A stretch of 64,000 bases of DNA from Marinosulfonomonas sp. (lineage in GTDB: Bacteria > Pseudomonadota > Alphaproteobacteria > Rhodobacterales > Rhodobacteraceae): NCBI GenBank assembly GCA_030625325.1, contig DAOURA010000001.1, positions 1,579-65,578 on the forward strand. Reading direction: 5' to 3'. The notes under the pieces were generated by a model. It did no database searches. It worked only from the letters and a program-made list of their open reading frames with translations, and had not been told where the DNA came from. Below, piece by piece: positions 8,114-18,227 of this stretch. Made by a program: the position numbers and the translations under genes. Within the stretch, counting starts at the first letter, position 1; each line of letters opens with the position of its first letter.

Positions 8114-8719
8114 CTAGGCCGGAAATTCATTCAGGCGGGCCACATAGCGCGCAAGGGTGTCAATTTCCAGGTTCACCGCATCACCAACACGCACATCCCC
8201 CCAGGTTGTGACCTGTTTGGTGTGGGTAATCAGGTTGATACCAAAATCAACGCCGCAAACTTCGTTCACCGTCAGGGATGTACCGTTCAGGGCAACCGAG
8301 CCTTTGGGCGCAATAAAGCGGGCCAGATCAGCCGGTGCGCCCAGCACAATCCGGGTGCTGTCGCCTTCGTCAGTCACCGATTTCACCAGCGCAACGCCGT
8401 CCACATGGCCCGACACGATATGCCCGCCCAGTTCGTCACCAACCTTTAACGGGCGTTCCAGATTGATGCGCTGGTCCTGTGACCAGTCATTCTGGCCGAT
8501 GTTGGTTTTGGACACAGTTTCAGCCGAGATTTCCACATCAAACCAGCCCTGCGGATCAGTCCCCAGTGCCACCACCGTCAGGCAGACCCCGTTACAGGCG
8601 ATCGATGCCCCGATCTGGATGCCCGAAATGTCATAGTTCGTGCCGATACGTGCGTGCAGATCACCATGCTGTTTTACGGCCAGAACCGTGCCAACATCAG
8701 AAATAATACCTGTAAACAT
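8114..8719 (-). CDS. ribE: riboflavin synthase alpha chain
   Basis: The sequence MFTGIISDVG...GDSIA-like repeat (GASIACNGVCLTV / GSVALNGTSLTV) is the duplicated lumazine-binding motif. The tracked ORF to 8854 carries a 45-aa non-native extension. Confidence 0.9.
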   Translation of the reverse strand: MFTGIISDVGTVLAVKQHGDLHARIGTNYDISGIQIGASIACNGVCLTVVALGTDPQGWFDVEISAETVSKTNIGQNDWSQDQRINLERPLKVGDELGGHIVSGHVDGVALVKSVTDEGDSTRIVLGAPADLARFIAPKGSVALNGTSLTVNEVCGVDFGINLITHTKQVTTWGDVRVGDAVNLEIDTLARYVARLNEFPA

Positions 8720-8876
8720 CTTTGGTCCCCTTTGTTGATTATGGCCTATCGTTTGATCTGGTGGCTGGCAAGGCGACGAATTGGCAGGTTTGCAGCGGGG
8801 CGGGGTAAAGTTTCTGGTCAATTGATGAAATTTTAACGATGTTGCAGACATCATCGCGGTTCAGGAAAGTCAAACA

Positions 8877-10181
8877 ATGGGAAATGCAGCAGGGGTCGGG
8901 CGGAATTTCCTGTTTCTTCAGGGACCGCACGGGCCGTTTTTTCACCAGCTGGGCAAAATGCTGTGTGCCACCGGGGCCGGTGTAACGCGGGTTGGATTTA
9001 ACGCTGGGGATCGTGCGTTCTGGCGAGATCGGGGCAGTTATCTGGCGTTTCGAGGGCCACTGTCACAATGGCCCACATGGCTGGAGCACCTGATCGGCGA
9101 GCGTAAGATCAGCGATATCGTTTTATACGGTGACACCCGGCCGGTTCATGCCCACGCCGTGGAACTGGCACGCCGTCTGGGGCTGTGTGTGCATGTCTTC
9201 GAAGAAGGCTATTTGCGCCCCTATTGGGTGAGTTATGAGCGCGGTGGATCAAACGGAAATTCGCGCCTGATGGACATGGATGTGACCGAAATGCAGGGGT
9301 TGTTGTCCCGTGATGCGGCGCAATTACCAGAGGCACCGGACCACTGGGGCGACATGCGTGAACATGTATTTTACGGCGCGCTTTACCATTGGTTCGTGTT
9401 GTTCAGAAACCGGCGCTATCGCAATTTCAGGTCGCACAGGGCAATTTCACTTGGCCGTGAATTTCGCTTACATCTTAACCGCTTAACCCTGATGCCGCTG
9501 CACTGGGCCCTGCGGGTACGGGCCACCGCCCACCTGAAACGGGGCGGGTATCCCTATAATCTGGTGCTGTTGCAACTGGAACATGACGCCAGTTTTCAGG
9601 CCCATTCACCCTTTACCACAATGGGGGAATTTCTGGAATTGGTGATTGGTGAATTTGCCCGCGGTGCACCGTCCCATAACCACCTGGTGTTCAAGGCCCA
9701 CCCTTTGGAAGATGGCCGCGCCCCGGTTCAGCGCGACATTGCCCGACTGGCCGCCCAACACCAGATCAGGGACCGGGTGCATTACATTCGCGGTGGCAAG
9801 CTGGCCCGCCTGTTGGCACAGGCACGCAGCGCTGTGACCGTAAATTCAACCGCCGCCCAACAGGCCCTGTGGCGGGGATTGCCGCTCAAAATATTTGGGG
9901 CGGCGGTCTATGCCAAACCTGAATTTGTATCAGATCAGGGGCTGGCCGATTTCTTTGCTGATCCGGCATACCCCGATGTGGAAAAGTACCGCGACTTTCG
10001 CCGGTTCCTACTGGAAACATCCCAGGTAAGTGGTGGGTTTTATGCGGCCCGGTCCCGGCGCCAATTGCTGCGAAAAGTGGTGGATATGATGCTGCGTGAC
10101 GGTGACCCATATGATGTTTTGCAAGGAAAAACAGCGGCAGCGCGGCAACAGTTGCACCTGCTAAAACAGGTCAAAGGCTAA
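8877..10181 (+). CDS. kpsS: capsule polysaccharide biosynthesis protein KpsS (beta-Kdo transferase type)
   Basis: FLFLQGPHGPFF, FNAGD, FEEGYLRP, LQLEHDASF and VTVNSTAA are colinear with blocks I recall from E. coli KpsS. Confidence 0.85.
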   Translation: MGNAAGVGRNFLFLQGPHGPFFHQLGKMLCATGAGVTRVGFNAGDRAFWRDRGSYLAFRGPLSQWPTWLEHLIGERKISDIVLYGDTRPVHAHAVELARRLGLCVHVFEEGYLRPYWVSYERGGSNGNSRLMDMDVTEMQGLLSRDAAQLPEAPDHWGDMREHVFYGALYHWFVLFRNRRYRNFRSHRAISLGREFRLHLNRLTLMPLHWALRVRATAHLKRGGYPYNLVLLQLEHDASFQAHSPFTTMGEFLELVIGEFARGAPSHNHLVFKAHPLEDGRAPVQRDIARLAAQHQIRDRVHYIRGGKLARLLAQARSAVTVNSTAAQQALWRGLPLKIFGAAVYAKPEFVSDQGLADFFADPAYPDVEKYRDFRRFLLETSQVSGGFYAARSRRQLLRKVVDMMLRDGDPYDVLQGKTAAARQQLHLLKQVKG

Positions 10182-10275
10182 CCTTTGCTGGCCTTGGGGC
10201 ACGGGCGCGGATAAGCTGGGGCAAAATAATAAAGACGTGTTGAAGGCAAAGTTTCAGGTCGAGGAGACCCGCGCA

Positions 10276-11415
10276 GTGACAATTTTTACATCGCGAAAGC
10301 CGCGGTTGGCAGTGCTGTTGATGCTGGCAATGGGCGTTGCCGCCTGTGGTCTGCCAAGATCAGGCCCCAACAAACAGGAAATATTTTCCGGCTCAGCCCA
10401 AAGAAAGGGCGACGCCTTTGTGGTTGAGGTAAACGATCATGTTACCCGCACCACGGCCATTGTGCCCGATTTCGGATTTTCACCGGCCTTCATTCGTGCA
10501 GGGCGCATTGGGTCAGACACCATCAACCCCGGTGATACACTGGGGCTGACAATCTGGGAAAACGTTGAAAACGGGTTGTTGTCCGGTCAAGGCGGCAGCG
10601 CAACGTCACTGGAAGAAGTTCAGGTTGACGGGGCCGGGTTTATTTTTGTGCCCTACGCCGGGCGTATTCACGCCGCCGGTAACACACCAGAAGCAATCCG
10701 GCGCATCATTACCGAAAAACTAAACCAGCAGACCCCTGATCCACAGGTTGTGGTTCGTCGTCTGGCAGGTGACGGGGCCACCGTGTCGATCACTGGTTCG
10801 GTCGGGGGACAGGGGGTTTACCCGATAGAACGCCCCACCCGCACCCTGACAGCAATGCTGGCACGCGCGGGGGGTGTTTCAATTGAACCCGAAATCGCAC
10901 AAATCACTGTTTTCAGGGGAAAAGAAAAGGGTAAGATCTGGTTTCAGGACCTGTATAAAAAGGCAGAATATGACATTGCCCTGCGTGCTGGTGACCGGAT
11001 TTTGGTGGAAGAAGACAGCCGCGCCTTTACCGCCCTTGGGGCAACAGGATCACAAAGCCGGGTGACGTTTAAAGCCCAGGCCCTGTCTGCAATTGAAGCA
11101 ATTGCGCAGGTCGGCGGGTTAAACACGTCTACGGCCGACCCCACCGGGGTTTTCGTGTTCAGAAATGAACCCGAAGAGATTGCAAAACAGGTTCTTGGGC
11201 GCGATGACCTGATTGGCGCACAGCGGATGATCTATGTGTTGAACCTGACCGAGCCAAACGGCGTTTTCACAGCGCGTGATTTTGTGATCCGTGATGGCGA
11301 CACTGTTTATGTGACAGAGGCCCCGTTTGTGCAGTGGTCCAAAACACTGAACGCGGTAACCGGCACACTGAACACGGCGTCCACGATCAATAACCTAGCC
11401 AGCCTTGTTCCATAG
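10276..11415 (+). CDS. outer-membrane polysaccharide export (OPX, Wza/KpsD-like) lipoprotein
   Basis: A lipobox (GVAACG) is present, together with a Poly_export-like PGDTLGLTIWE block and SLBB-like repeats. My preferred start is the GTG at 10276, 10 nt after GAGGAG. The tracked ORF starts at 10237. Confidence 0.82.
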   Translation: MTIFTSRKPRLAVLLMLAMGVAACGLPRSGPNKQEIFSGSAQRKGDAFVVEVNDHVTRTTAIVPDFGFSPAFIRAGRIGSDTINPGDTLGLTIWENVENGLLSGQGGSATSLEEVQVDGAGFIFVPYAGRIHAAGNTPEAIRRIITEKLNQQTPDPQVVVRRLAGDGATVSITGSVGGQGVYPIERPTRTLTAMLARAGGVSIEPEIAQITVFRGKEKGKIWFQDLYKKAEYDIALRAGDRILVEEDSRAFTALGATGSQSRVTFKAQALSAIEAIAQVGGLNTSTADPTGVFVFRNEPEEIAKQVLGRDDLIGAQRMIYVLNLTEPNGVFTARDFVIRDGDTVYVTEAPFVQWSKTLNAVTGTLNTASTINNLASLVP

Positions 11416-11417
11416 CC

Positions 11418-13466
11418 ATGTCTTACGGGCCAATGGATAACGCCGCCGGTGGTGAAAGCCCCCGGCGGTTGTTCGTTTTTAACGGTGGGTTTCTAACCCA
11501 GGGCCGGGTGCGCCGAATACTTGAATTATCCGGCTGGAACATTTCCCTTGGCAAACCGGGTGCTAAGGATTGGGTTGGCGTCTGGGGCAAAAGCCCGACA
11601 TCACCACGGGGTGAAGCCGTCGCCAGCGCCACAGATGCCCATATCTTGCGGGTCGAAGACAGCTTTTTACGATCGGTCCACCCCGGGCGGGATGGCGAGG
11701 CCCCGATTGGGCTGAACATTGACAAAACCGGCGTGCATTTTGACAGCTCTGCCCCCAGTGATCTGGAAACCCTGCTGGCCACAGCAGCGCTGGATGATGC
11801 GGCAGTTCTGAACCGGGGGCGCGATGCATTGGCGCGCATCAGGCGGGCGCATTTATCAAAATATAACGCTTTTGATCCCGAACATGAATTACCTAAAGCC
11901 CCCTATGTTCTGGTGATTGATCAGTCCCGCGGTGATGCATCCATTGAACATGGGGGTGCAAACGCCGCTACATTTGCCGAAATGCTGGTGTTTGCACTGA
12001 CTGAGCACCCCGGAAACCGCATCGTGATAAAGGGTCACCCGGAAACCGCCGCCGGGCATCGTGACGGGCATTTTAGCGTTAATGACGAAACCGATCGCGT
12101 CACATATCTGGCCGACCCGGTTAGCCCCTGGGCCCTGATGGAAGGGGCCACCGCCGTTTATACGGTATCGTCACAACTGGGGTTCGAAGCCATTTTTGCG
12201 GGCCACAAACCACGGGTCTTTGGCCAGCCATTTTACAGCGGCTGGGGCCTGACCCTTGACGAAAACCCGGTGGCACGGCGTGAACGCAAACTGACCCGCG
12301 CACAGTTGTTTGCCGGTTCGATGATCCTTTATCCCACATGGTATGATCCGACCCGTGACCAGATTTGTCCGCTTGAGGATGCAATCAGCGCCCTTGAGGC
12401 CAAAGTGCGTGCTTGGCGGGAAGATCGGGCGGGGTATACGGCCCTTGGGATGCGCCGTTGGAAGCGGCCCCACCTGAACAGGTTCTTCGGCCAATCCCAA
12501 AGGGTTAGATACGTCAGTTCACCAGAAAAGGCCCTGTTATCGGCCCGCACCGGGGGCAGAAATCTGTTGGTCTGGGCCAGCCATGCAGATGGGCTGGGGG
12601 ATACGGGCGATGTGCCGGTTATTCGGGTTGAAGATGGTTTCATCCGCTCACGCGGGTTGGGCGCCGGATTGGTCGCGCCCCTGTCGTTGGTCGCCGATGA
12701 TCTGGGGATTTACTATGACCCAAACCGCGAAAGCAGGCTGGAGCGCCTGATCACGGCCTCGGTTAATCTGGACACCGGGGCGCTGTTGCGGGCAGAAAAA
12801 TTGATGCGGCAAATCAGCCGGGCAGGGATTTCCAAATACAATCTTGATCCCGCCCCCCTGCCCGACCTGCCGGATGGCAAAAAAATACTGGTGCCCGGTC
12901 AGGTGGAAGATGATGCATCGATCCTGAAAGGCTGTGGTGATATTTCCTGCAACATTGATTTACTGGCCCGCACGCGCGCCGATAACCCGGCGGCAGTGAT
13001 TATTTACAAACCCCACCCGGATGTTGAAGCCGGGTTGCGCGAGGGCAAATTAACCGAACAGGACGCCCTGAAATACGCCGATCTGGTGGTGAACAACGCC
13101 GATCCTGCCGCCCTGTTGGCGCAGGTGAATGAGGTCTGGACCATGACATCCCTGCTGGGGTTCGAAGCCCTGATCCGGGGCGTTCCCGTAACCTGTGTCG
13201 GGGCACCGTTTTATGCGGGCTGGGGGCTGACCCGCGATTTGGGCGATGTACCAAAGCGGCGGGTTGCGCGCCCCGAACTGGCGGCATTTGTGCATGCCTG
13301 TCTGATTGATTATCCGCGATATGTTGACCCCATCAGCGGGCGGCCCTGTTCGGTTGAACTGGTGTTAGAGCGGCTGACCAATGGGGGAATTCCGCCTGCC
13401 GGGCGTTGGAACCGGGTATTGGCGAAACTGCAGGGTATTGTTGGCGGGGGCCGGCGACGGGGGTAA
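11418..13466 (+). CDS. kpsC: capsule polysaccharide biosynthesis protein KpsC (tandem beta-Kdo transferase type)
   Basis: The architecture is duplicated: VEDSFLRSV and VEDGFIRSRGLG...PLSLVADDLGIYYD, then SKYNL, PGQVEDDAS, YKPHPDV and PFYAGWGLT. All are colinear with blocks I recall from E. coli KpsC. Confidence 0.88.
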   Translation: MSYGPMDNAAGGESPRRLFVFNGGFLTQGRVRRILELSGWNISLGKPGAKDWVGVWGKSPTSPRGEAVASATDAHILRVEDSFLRSVHPGRDGEAPIGLNIDKTGVHFDSSAPSDLETLLATAALDDAAVLNRGRDALARIRRAHLSKYNAFDPEHELPKAPYVLVIDQSRGDASIEHGGANAATFAEMLVFALTEHPGNRIVIKGHPETAAGHRDGHFSVNDETDRVTYLADPVSPWALMEGATAVYTVSSQLGFEAIFAGHKPRVFGQPFYSGWGLTLDENPVARRERKLTRAQLFAGSMILYPTWYDPTRDQICPLEDAISALEAKVRAWREDRAGYTALGMRRWKRPHLNRFFGQSQRVRYVSSPEKALLSARTGGRNLLVWASHADGLGDTGDVPVIRVEDGFIRSRGLGAGLVAPLSLVADDLGIYYDPNRESRLERLITASVNLDTGALLRAEKLMRQISRAGISKYNLDPAPLPDLPDGKKILVPGQVEDDASILKGCGDISCNIDLLARTRADNPAAVIIYKPHPDVEAGLREGKLTEQDALKYADLVVNNADPAALLAQVNEVWTMTSLLGFEALIRGVPVTCVGAPFYAGWGLTRDLGDVPKRRVARPELAAFVHACLIDYPRYVDPISGRPCSVELVLERLTNGGIPPAGRWNRVLAKLQGIVGGGRRRG

Positions 13467-13471
13467 GGGGT

Positions 13472-13505
13472 GATGCCTCCGGCGGGGATATTTAGTGAAA
13501 GATGA
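13472..13505. repeat. intergenic repeat element, 3'-half copy D (kpsC/ribD convergent spacer)
   Basis: GATGCCTCCGGCGGGGATATTTAGTGAAAGATGA shares the GCGGGGATATTT core and the purine-rich tail with the other copies. Confidence 0.6.
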
Positions 13506-13509
13506 TGGG

Positions 13510-14622
13510 TCAGGTGGATACTTGCCAGCGTGACATGGTGTCTGCGCCAATGGCGCGGGTTTCAACCAGTTGAAAACGCGGGGCATTTTCCAGACGCATC
13601 AGCCCAAAGGGCGCCAGCATCGCAGTACCGTCACCACCAATTACCATACCGGCGGTGAAGGCGATAATTTCATCCACCAGTCCGGCCGACAATAATGACG
13701 CGGCCAGCCCGCCGCCGCCTTCGCAAAATATCCGGGTCAGGCCCGCCTGCCCCAATGCACCCAGTGCAGCAACCGGGTTGATCTGGCGGTCGGGGCCGGT
13801 TGGGCAGGCGAACAGCCGTGCGCCCAGCCCTTGCCAAGCTTCGCAAAGGTGGGGGTCCGCCCCTTCGGCGTGGATGATCCAAAGCGGGATATCTTTGGCG
13901 GTTTGCGCCAGTTTTCCCTGAAGCGGCAGGTCAAGCTGGCGCGACCAGATGATCCGGGTGGGTTGATGCGACGTGCCAATGTCGCGAATATTCAGCATTG
14001 GGTCGTCCGCGCGCGCGGTGCCTGCCCCGACCATTACCGCGTCATGGTGCGCACGCAGGGTGTGTACCATGCGTCGTGCATCCGGGCCGGTGATCCATTG
14101 GCTTTGGCCGGTTGCGGTGGCAATCCGCCCGTCAATGCTGGCCGCGAATTTCAGGGTGACCATCGGGCGACCCGTGGCAATGCGCGACACAAAGCCACGG
14201 TGGGTGTTGAGCGCGTCAGCCTTCAGCACACCGCTGGTCACATCCACCCCGGCGGCGATCAGGCGCGCGGCCCCTTTACCGTTTACATCCGGGTTCGGAT
14301 CACCCAGCGCATAGACAACCCGCGAAATACCGGCACTGATCAGCGCATCAGCACAGGGTGGGGTTTTGCCGTGATGCGCGCAGGGTTCCAGTGTGACGTA
14401 GGCGGTTGCGCCCTGTGCGCGCGTGCCCGCCTGTGCCAGCGCCATGGTTTCAGCGTGGGGCGCACCGCCCGGCTGGGTCCAGCCGCGCCCGACAATGTGG
14501 CCCGCGTTGACAATAACACAGCCAACGGCCGGGTTGGGCCAAGTGCGTCCAAGGCCACGCGCACCAAGCCCAAGGGCGTGGCGCATATGGCGAATGTCGG
14601 TTTGTGTATCGGCCTGCGTCAA
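13510..14622 (-). CDS. ribD: bifunctional diaminohydroxyphosphoribosylaminopyrimidine deaminase / 5-amino-6-(5-phosphoribosylamino)uracil reductase
   Basis: The deaminase zinc motifs HAE and [14 protein letters not shown] are present, followed by a C-terminal reductase domain. The gene overlaps the nrdR stop. Confidence 0.93.
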   Translation of the reverse strand: MTQADTQTDIRHMRHALGLGARGLGRTWPNPAVGCVIVNAGHIVGRGWTQPGGAPHAETMALAQAGTRAQGATAYVTLEPCAHHGKTPPCADALISAGISRVVYALGDPNPDVNGKGAARLIAAGVDVTSGVLKADALNTHRGFVSRIATGRPMVTLKFAASIDGRIATATGQSQWITGPDARRMVHTLRAHHDAVMVGAGTARADDPMLNIRDIGTSHQPTRIIWSRQLDLPLQGKLAQTAKDIPLWIIHAEGADPHLCEAWQGLGARLFACPTGPDRQINPVAALGALGQAGLTRIFCEGGGGLAASLLSAGLVDEIIAFTAGMVIGGDGTAMLAPFGLMRLENAPRFQLVETRAIGADTMSRWQVST

Positions 14623-15086
14623 TCGTCTGGGTGATCTGGCGGGCGTAACTCTGACACGAATTTATCAAAATCGTCGGCGGCCTGAAAGTTTTTGTAAACG
14701 CTGGCAAATCGCACATAGGCCACGGTGTCGATCCGGGCCAGTGATTCCATCACAATCTCACCGATTAGTTTTGAACCGATATCGGTGTCGCCTGTGCTTT
14801 CCAGACGGCGCACAACGCCAGAAATCATCTGGTCCATACGGTCATGATCCACCGGGCGTTTTTGCAGCGCGATACGGATTGAGCGTTCCAGTTTATCACG
14901 ATCAAATTCTTCGCGCCGGCCATTGGATTTAATCACCACCAGATCGCGCAACTGCACACGTTCATAGGTGGTAAAGCGGCCCGAGCATCCTGTGCAAAAC
15001 CGACGCCGCCGAATGGCGACGTGATCTTCAGCCGGACGGCTGTCTTTTACCTGAGTATCCTGATTTCCACAAAACGGACAGCGCAT
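14619..15086 (-). CDS. nrdR: transcriptional repressor NrdR
   Basis: [17 protein letters not shown]...RRRRFCTGC is the zinc ribbon, followed by an ATP-cone. I moved the start to the ATG at 15086. Confidence 0.93.
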   Translation of the reverse strand: MRCPFCGNQDTQVKDSRPAEDHVAIRRRRFCTGCSGRFTTYERVQLRDLVVIKSNGRREEFDRDKLERSIRIALQKRPVDHDRMDQMISGVVRRLESTGDTDIGSKLIGEIVMESLARIDTVAYVRFASVYKNFQAADDFDKFVSELRPPDHPDD

Positions 15087-15196
15087 GGCCGATCCCCTAT
15101 TTTTCTGCCTCTGGGTGTTTTTCCCCACTTATCCACAGGGACTATAGGGAGTACGCGAACACTTGGGTAGGGGTGAATTGCCACCCCAACATGCAG

Positions 15197-15607
15197 TTAT
15201 TGCAGATGGGCAACGACTTTTCGGCTATGGGATTGGTTTCGATGTTCGAAAAGGTATATTCCCTGCCATGTTCCCAGCGAAATTCGCCCGGAAATGACAG
15301 GAATGTGCAAGCTAACCGGAAGCATTGCCGCCTTGATATGGGCTGGCATGTCGTCCGGGCCTTCGTATGTGTGGGTGATATAGGCCATTTCGGGGTCAGT
15401 TGTGGGCGGTACCAAGCGGTGGAAAAAGGCCTGCAAGTCGGCCTGCACCTCGGGGTCAGCGTTTTCCTGGATTAGCAATGATGCAGATGTATGTTGCACA
15501 AAAAGCGTTAGTAAACCGTCGGGTTTTGGGTGCATCCAGTCATTAACCTGATGGGTGAATTCATACAGGCCGGGGCCGGATGTGGGAATGGTGAATGTAG
15601 TGTGCAT
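15197..15607 (-). CDS. YjbQ/UPF0047 family protein (secondary thiamine-phosphate synthase-like)
   Basis: The HTSASL and MLPVSLHIPVISGRISLGTWQGIYLFEHR blocks are typical of YjbQ. Confidence 0.8.
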   Translation of the reverse strand: MHTTFTIPTSGPGLYEFTHQVNDWMHPKPDGLLTLFVQHTSASLLIQENADPEVQADLQAFFHRLVPPTTDPEMAYITHTYEGPDDMPAHIKAAMLPVSLHIPVISGRISLGTWQGIYLFEHRNQSHSRKVVAHLQ

Positions 15608-15649
15608 GGGGGTAAGCCTAGCACATAACAGGCCGAAATGCGCGCCTAA

Positions 15650-16570
15650 TCAGGCGGCACTTTGGGCATCAGGCGTCACGAACAAATGGCCCGATTTTCC
15701 GTGCCAGAACCCGTTGGAAAATGGTGCCGGGATGTCCAGAGCATTCAGGCATTCCTGCCCTTTGCCCGGTTCAGATTTACCATCCATCACGTCCCTGAAA
15801 ACCTTCGATACCGCCACCATGTCCTGTGAATGCGGGCTAAGGCGGCAGTGGGTCACACCCATGGCGTCCATTTCACCCAATTCCCCCAGCAGGTTAACAT
15901 AGCTGTGGGACATAGTTTGAATGCCGTTGATCGTCAGGAAGTCCTGATTATCAAGCGTCTTCAGCGCCATTCCATCCGGGTCGTCTTCGCAGATAAACTG
16001 ACAGTTGTCCTTAATCCGCCCATGTGCGCGCGCATGATAACAGCGCGCAGACACGGCCACGGACGCACGGCCGAACACCTGTATTTCGACCCCGGCACCT
16101 ATATCTTTTGCCACGTCCGCCAGCAGGGAAACCGATGTGCCCGGCAATTCAACCGGCAGGGCAAAATGGGTCGCGCCACCACGGGCCAGATAGGCCATCG
16201 TTGCTTCGTTATAGACATTCATCATCGGGCCGATCCGATGCGCGCGACCGTCAATATTGAACAGACCCGAGGAATTGTTAATTTCAATCTCGCGCCCTTC
16301 AATATCAAACAGGCCCTCTGTGGCCTGACGTTCCCGTTTCAACATCACCTCGGTAAGGGATGAAAACACAACGGTTTTTCCAGCATGTTCAAGGCGTTCT
16401 GCGACTTCTTCCAAGCGGGGTTCAAAAAATGGTGCGCGTTTTGAACAGATCACTTCGCCCAGATAGACGGTATCAACCGAGGATTCGTCGGCAATACGCG
16501 CGTAAAAATCCAGCTTGGTTTCATTGCTCCAATGGAACGGGATCGGGCCAAGGGTCAGTTTCATGGTCAC
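15650..16570 (-). CDS. ubiV: U32-family protein, UbiV-like (O2-independent ubiquinone hydroxylation)
   Basis: The protein has the U32 peptidase fold and a Cys cluster (CSKR ... ARCYHARAHGRIKDNCQFIC). Its size (306 aa) and its position after a UbiU-like paralogue and a UbiT-like gene fit the assignment. Confidence 0.75.
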   Translation of the reverse strand: MTMKLTLGPIPFHWSNETKLDFYARIADESSVDTVYLGEVICSKRAPFFEPRLEEVAERLEHAGKTVVFSSLTEVMLKRERQATEGLFDIEGREIEINNSSGLFNIDGRAHRIGPMMNVYNEATMAYLARGGATHFALPVELPGTSVSLLADVAKDIGAGVEIQVFGRASVAVSARCYHARAHGRIKDNCQFICEDDPDGMALKTLDNQDFLTINGIQTMSHSYVNLLGELGEMDAMGVTHCRLSPHSQDMVAVSKVFRDVMDGKSEPGKGQECLNALDIPAPFSNGFWHGKSGHLFVTPDAQSAA

Positions 16571-16573
16571 CTC

Positions 16574-17584
16574 TTATCGCCAGGTTTTGCTTTTGAATGC
16601 GCCTTCGGTCTGTTTTTGACCCTCTGTCAGGGCGTGAAGGTCGGCAAATTCCGGCTCGCCGCCGGCGCGAATGTCGTCCACCGCCTTGCGAAAGGCCGAA
16701 ACAACCCGACGCACATAGGCGCGCGAACGCTGTCGCCCCTCAATCTTGAAGGCGTTGACCCCTGCCCCCATTAGATCGGGCAGCATGCGTGACAGGTTCA
16801 AACTAATCGGTTCTTCAAAGGCATAATAACCATCGTCCCGGTGCGGTGCACGGTAACGGCCTTTGCAAATAGTCGGGTAACCCGCTGTTTCATCACAGGA
16901 ATAACAATCAATCGTATAGTCCCCAAGGCGCGTGGTCATGTTGCCAGCATCATCACGGATATATTCAACATCCGCCGCAGGCGAACACACGCCGTCCATA
17001 TTTGTGGACAGTCCGGTGATATAATTGGTCAGGCTACAGCGCCCTTCCACCATCAGACCGTGGTTGCCAAAAATGAAGGTTTCAATTTCGCAGGGTATCT
17101 GGCCCGAAATATCACGAATTTCCGGGATCGTCAGAATGCGCGGCAATACCACCCGTTTGACACCAAATTCACGGGCGTAATATCGAATGGCCTCGGGGGA
17201 TGACGCCGCCGCCTGAACCGACAGGTGCAGCCGCTTGTCCGGGTGGGTGCGCGCCACGTAATCGGCCACCCCGACATCGGCCACAATAAAGGCATCCACC
17301 CCCATTTTGGCCCCGGCCGTGACCGCCTGTTTCCAAAGGTCAAATTTTCCGGCGGGCGGAAATGTGTTCACCGCCAATAACACCTTGGCGCCCTTTTCAT
17401 GGGCGTAGGCAACTGATTTTTCCATCTCTTGCGGGGTAAAGTTCAGCCCCGGAAAATTGCGCGCATTGGTGGCGTTTTGAAAGCCGCAGTAAACCGCATC
17501 AGCCCCGGCATCCACCGCCGTGCGCAGGGCCGCAGGTGTACCAGCAGGGCAGATAAGTTCGGCGGTGTTGGTGGTGTTATTCAT
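16574..17584 (-). CDS. ubiU: U32-family protein, UbiU-like
   Basis: ELICPAG...AVDAGADAVYCG is the U32 N-terminus. Length is 336 aa, conserved Cys residues are present, and the operon order is T-U-V. Confidence 0.75.
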   Translation of the reverse strand: MNNTTNTAELICPAGTPAALRTAVDAGADAVYCGFQNATNARNFPGLNFTPQEMEKSVAYAHEKGAKVLLAVNTFPPAGKFDLWKQAVTAGAKMGVDAFIVADVGVADYVARTHPDKRLHLSVQAAASSPEAIRYYAREFGVKRVVLPRILTIPEIRDISGQIPCEIETFIFGNHGLMVEGRCSLTNYITGLSTNMDGVCSPAADVEYIRDDAGNMTTRLGDYTIDCYSCDETAGYPTICKGRYRAPHRDDGYYAFEEPISLNLSRMLPDLMGAGVNAFKIEGRQRSRAYVRRVVSAFRKAVDDIRAGGEPEFADLHALTEGQKQTEGAFKSKTWR

Positions 17585-17586
17585 TG

Positions 17587-18108
17587 TTATTGCTCATTCT
17601 TTTGACCGGCCCGGCGCATTACCCCCAGAACCCCGCGCCCGGCGGGGCCAAACATGTCGGCGACACTTTCGGCGATTGAACCATCCACATCATCCAGCGC
17701 ATTTCGCAAGCAAACGACGGCCTCGGTGTTACCGGTAATTTCCAGATCCCGCGAAAAGAACAGCGCGTCACCATCAAGATCACAGTCAACCAATTGTAAA
17801 AGGTTCAGGAATTTCCCGGAAATACACGCCTGATGATCCGGCAGATTGCGCCGGTTGCACGCCACCAACAACAAATCATCCGGATCCGGGCGCAACAACA
17901 GTGCAAATGGCAAATTGGTCGGATCAATCACAAAATTTGCCTGCCGATAGGGGCCAAGCCGGTTGAACATATCGGGATTTTGGGCGGCAATCTTTCGCAC
18001 GATCCGGCGCAAGATCGGTTGCAGTAAAAATCGCGGAAAAGGTGCCTGAAAGCCATGCAATAATTTTGCACGGCCTTCAGGCTGTGTGGAGTGGTGGATT
18101 CGGCTCAT
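17587..18108 (-). CDS. ubiT: SCP2 sterol-binding-domain protein, UbiT-like
   Basis: The protein is 173 aa with an SCP2-like C-terminal half (GDALFFSRDLEITGNTEAVVCLRNALD). It lies directly upstream of ubiU. Confidence 0.65.
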   Translation of the reverse strand: MSRIHHSTQPEGRAKLLHGFQAPFPRFLLQPILRRIVRKIAAQNPDMFNRLGPYRQANFVIDPTNLPFALLLRPDPDDLLLVACNRRNLPDHQACISGKFLNLLQLVDCDLDGDALFFSRDLEITGNTEAVVCLRNALDDVDGSIAESVADMFGPAGRGVLGVMRRAGQKNEQ

Positions 18109-18227
18109 AGGGTATTGTTAACAGCCCGGCGCATCCATGACTTTGACGGTGGTCAAGAGTTGTGAAATTAGGTGGGTTTATTTGCGTTTCAAAGGGGGCA
18201 TATGGCGGGCTAGCCACATAAAGAATA

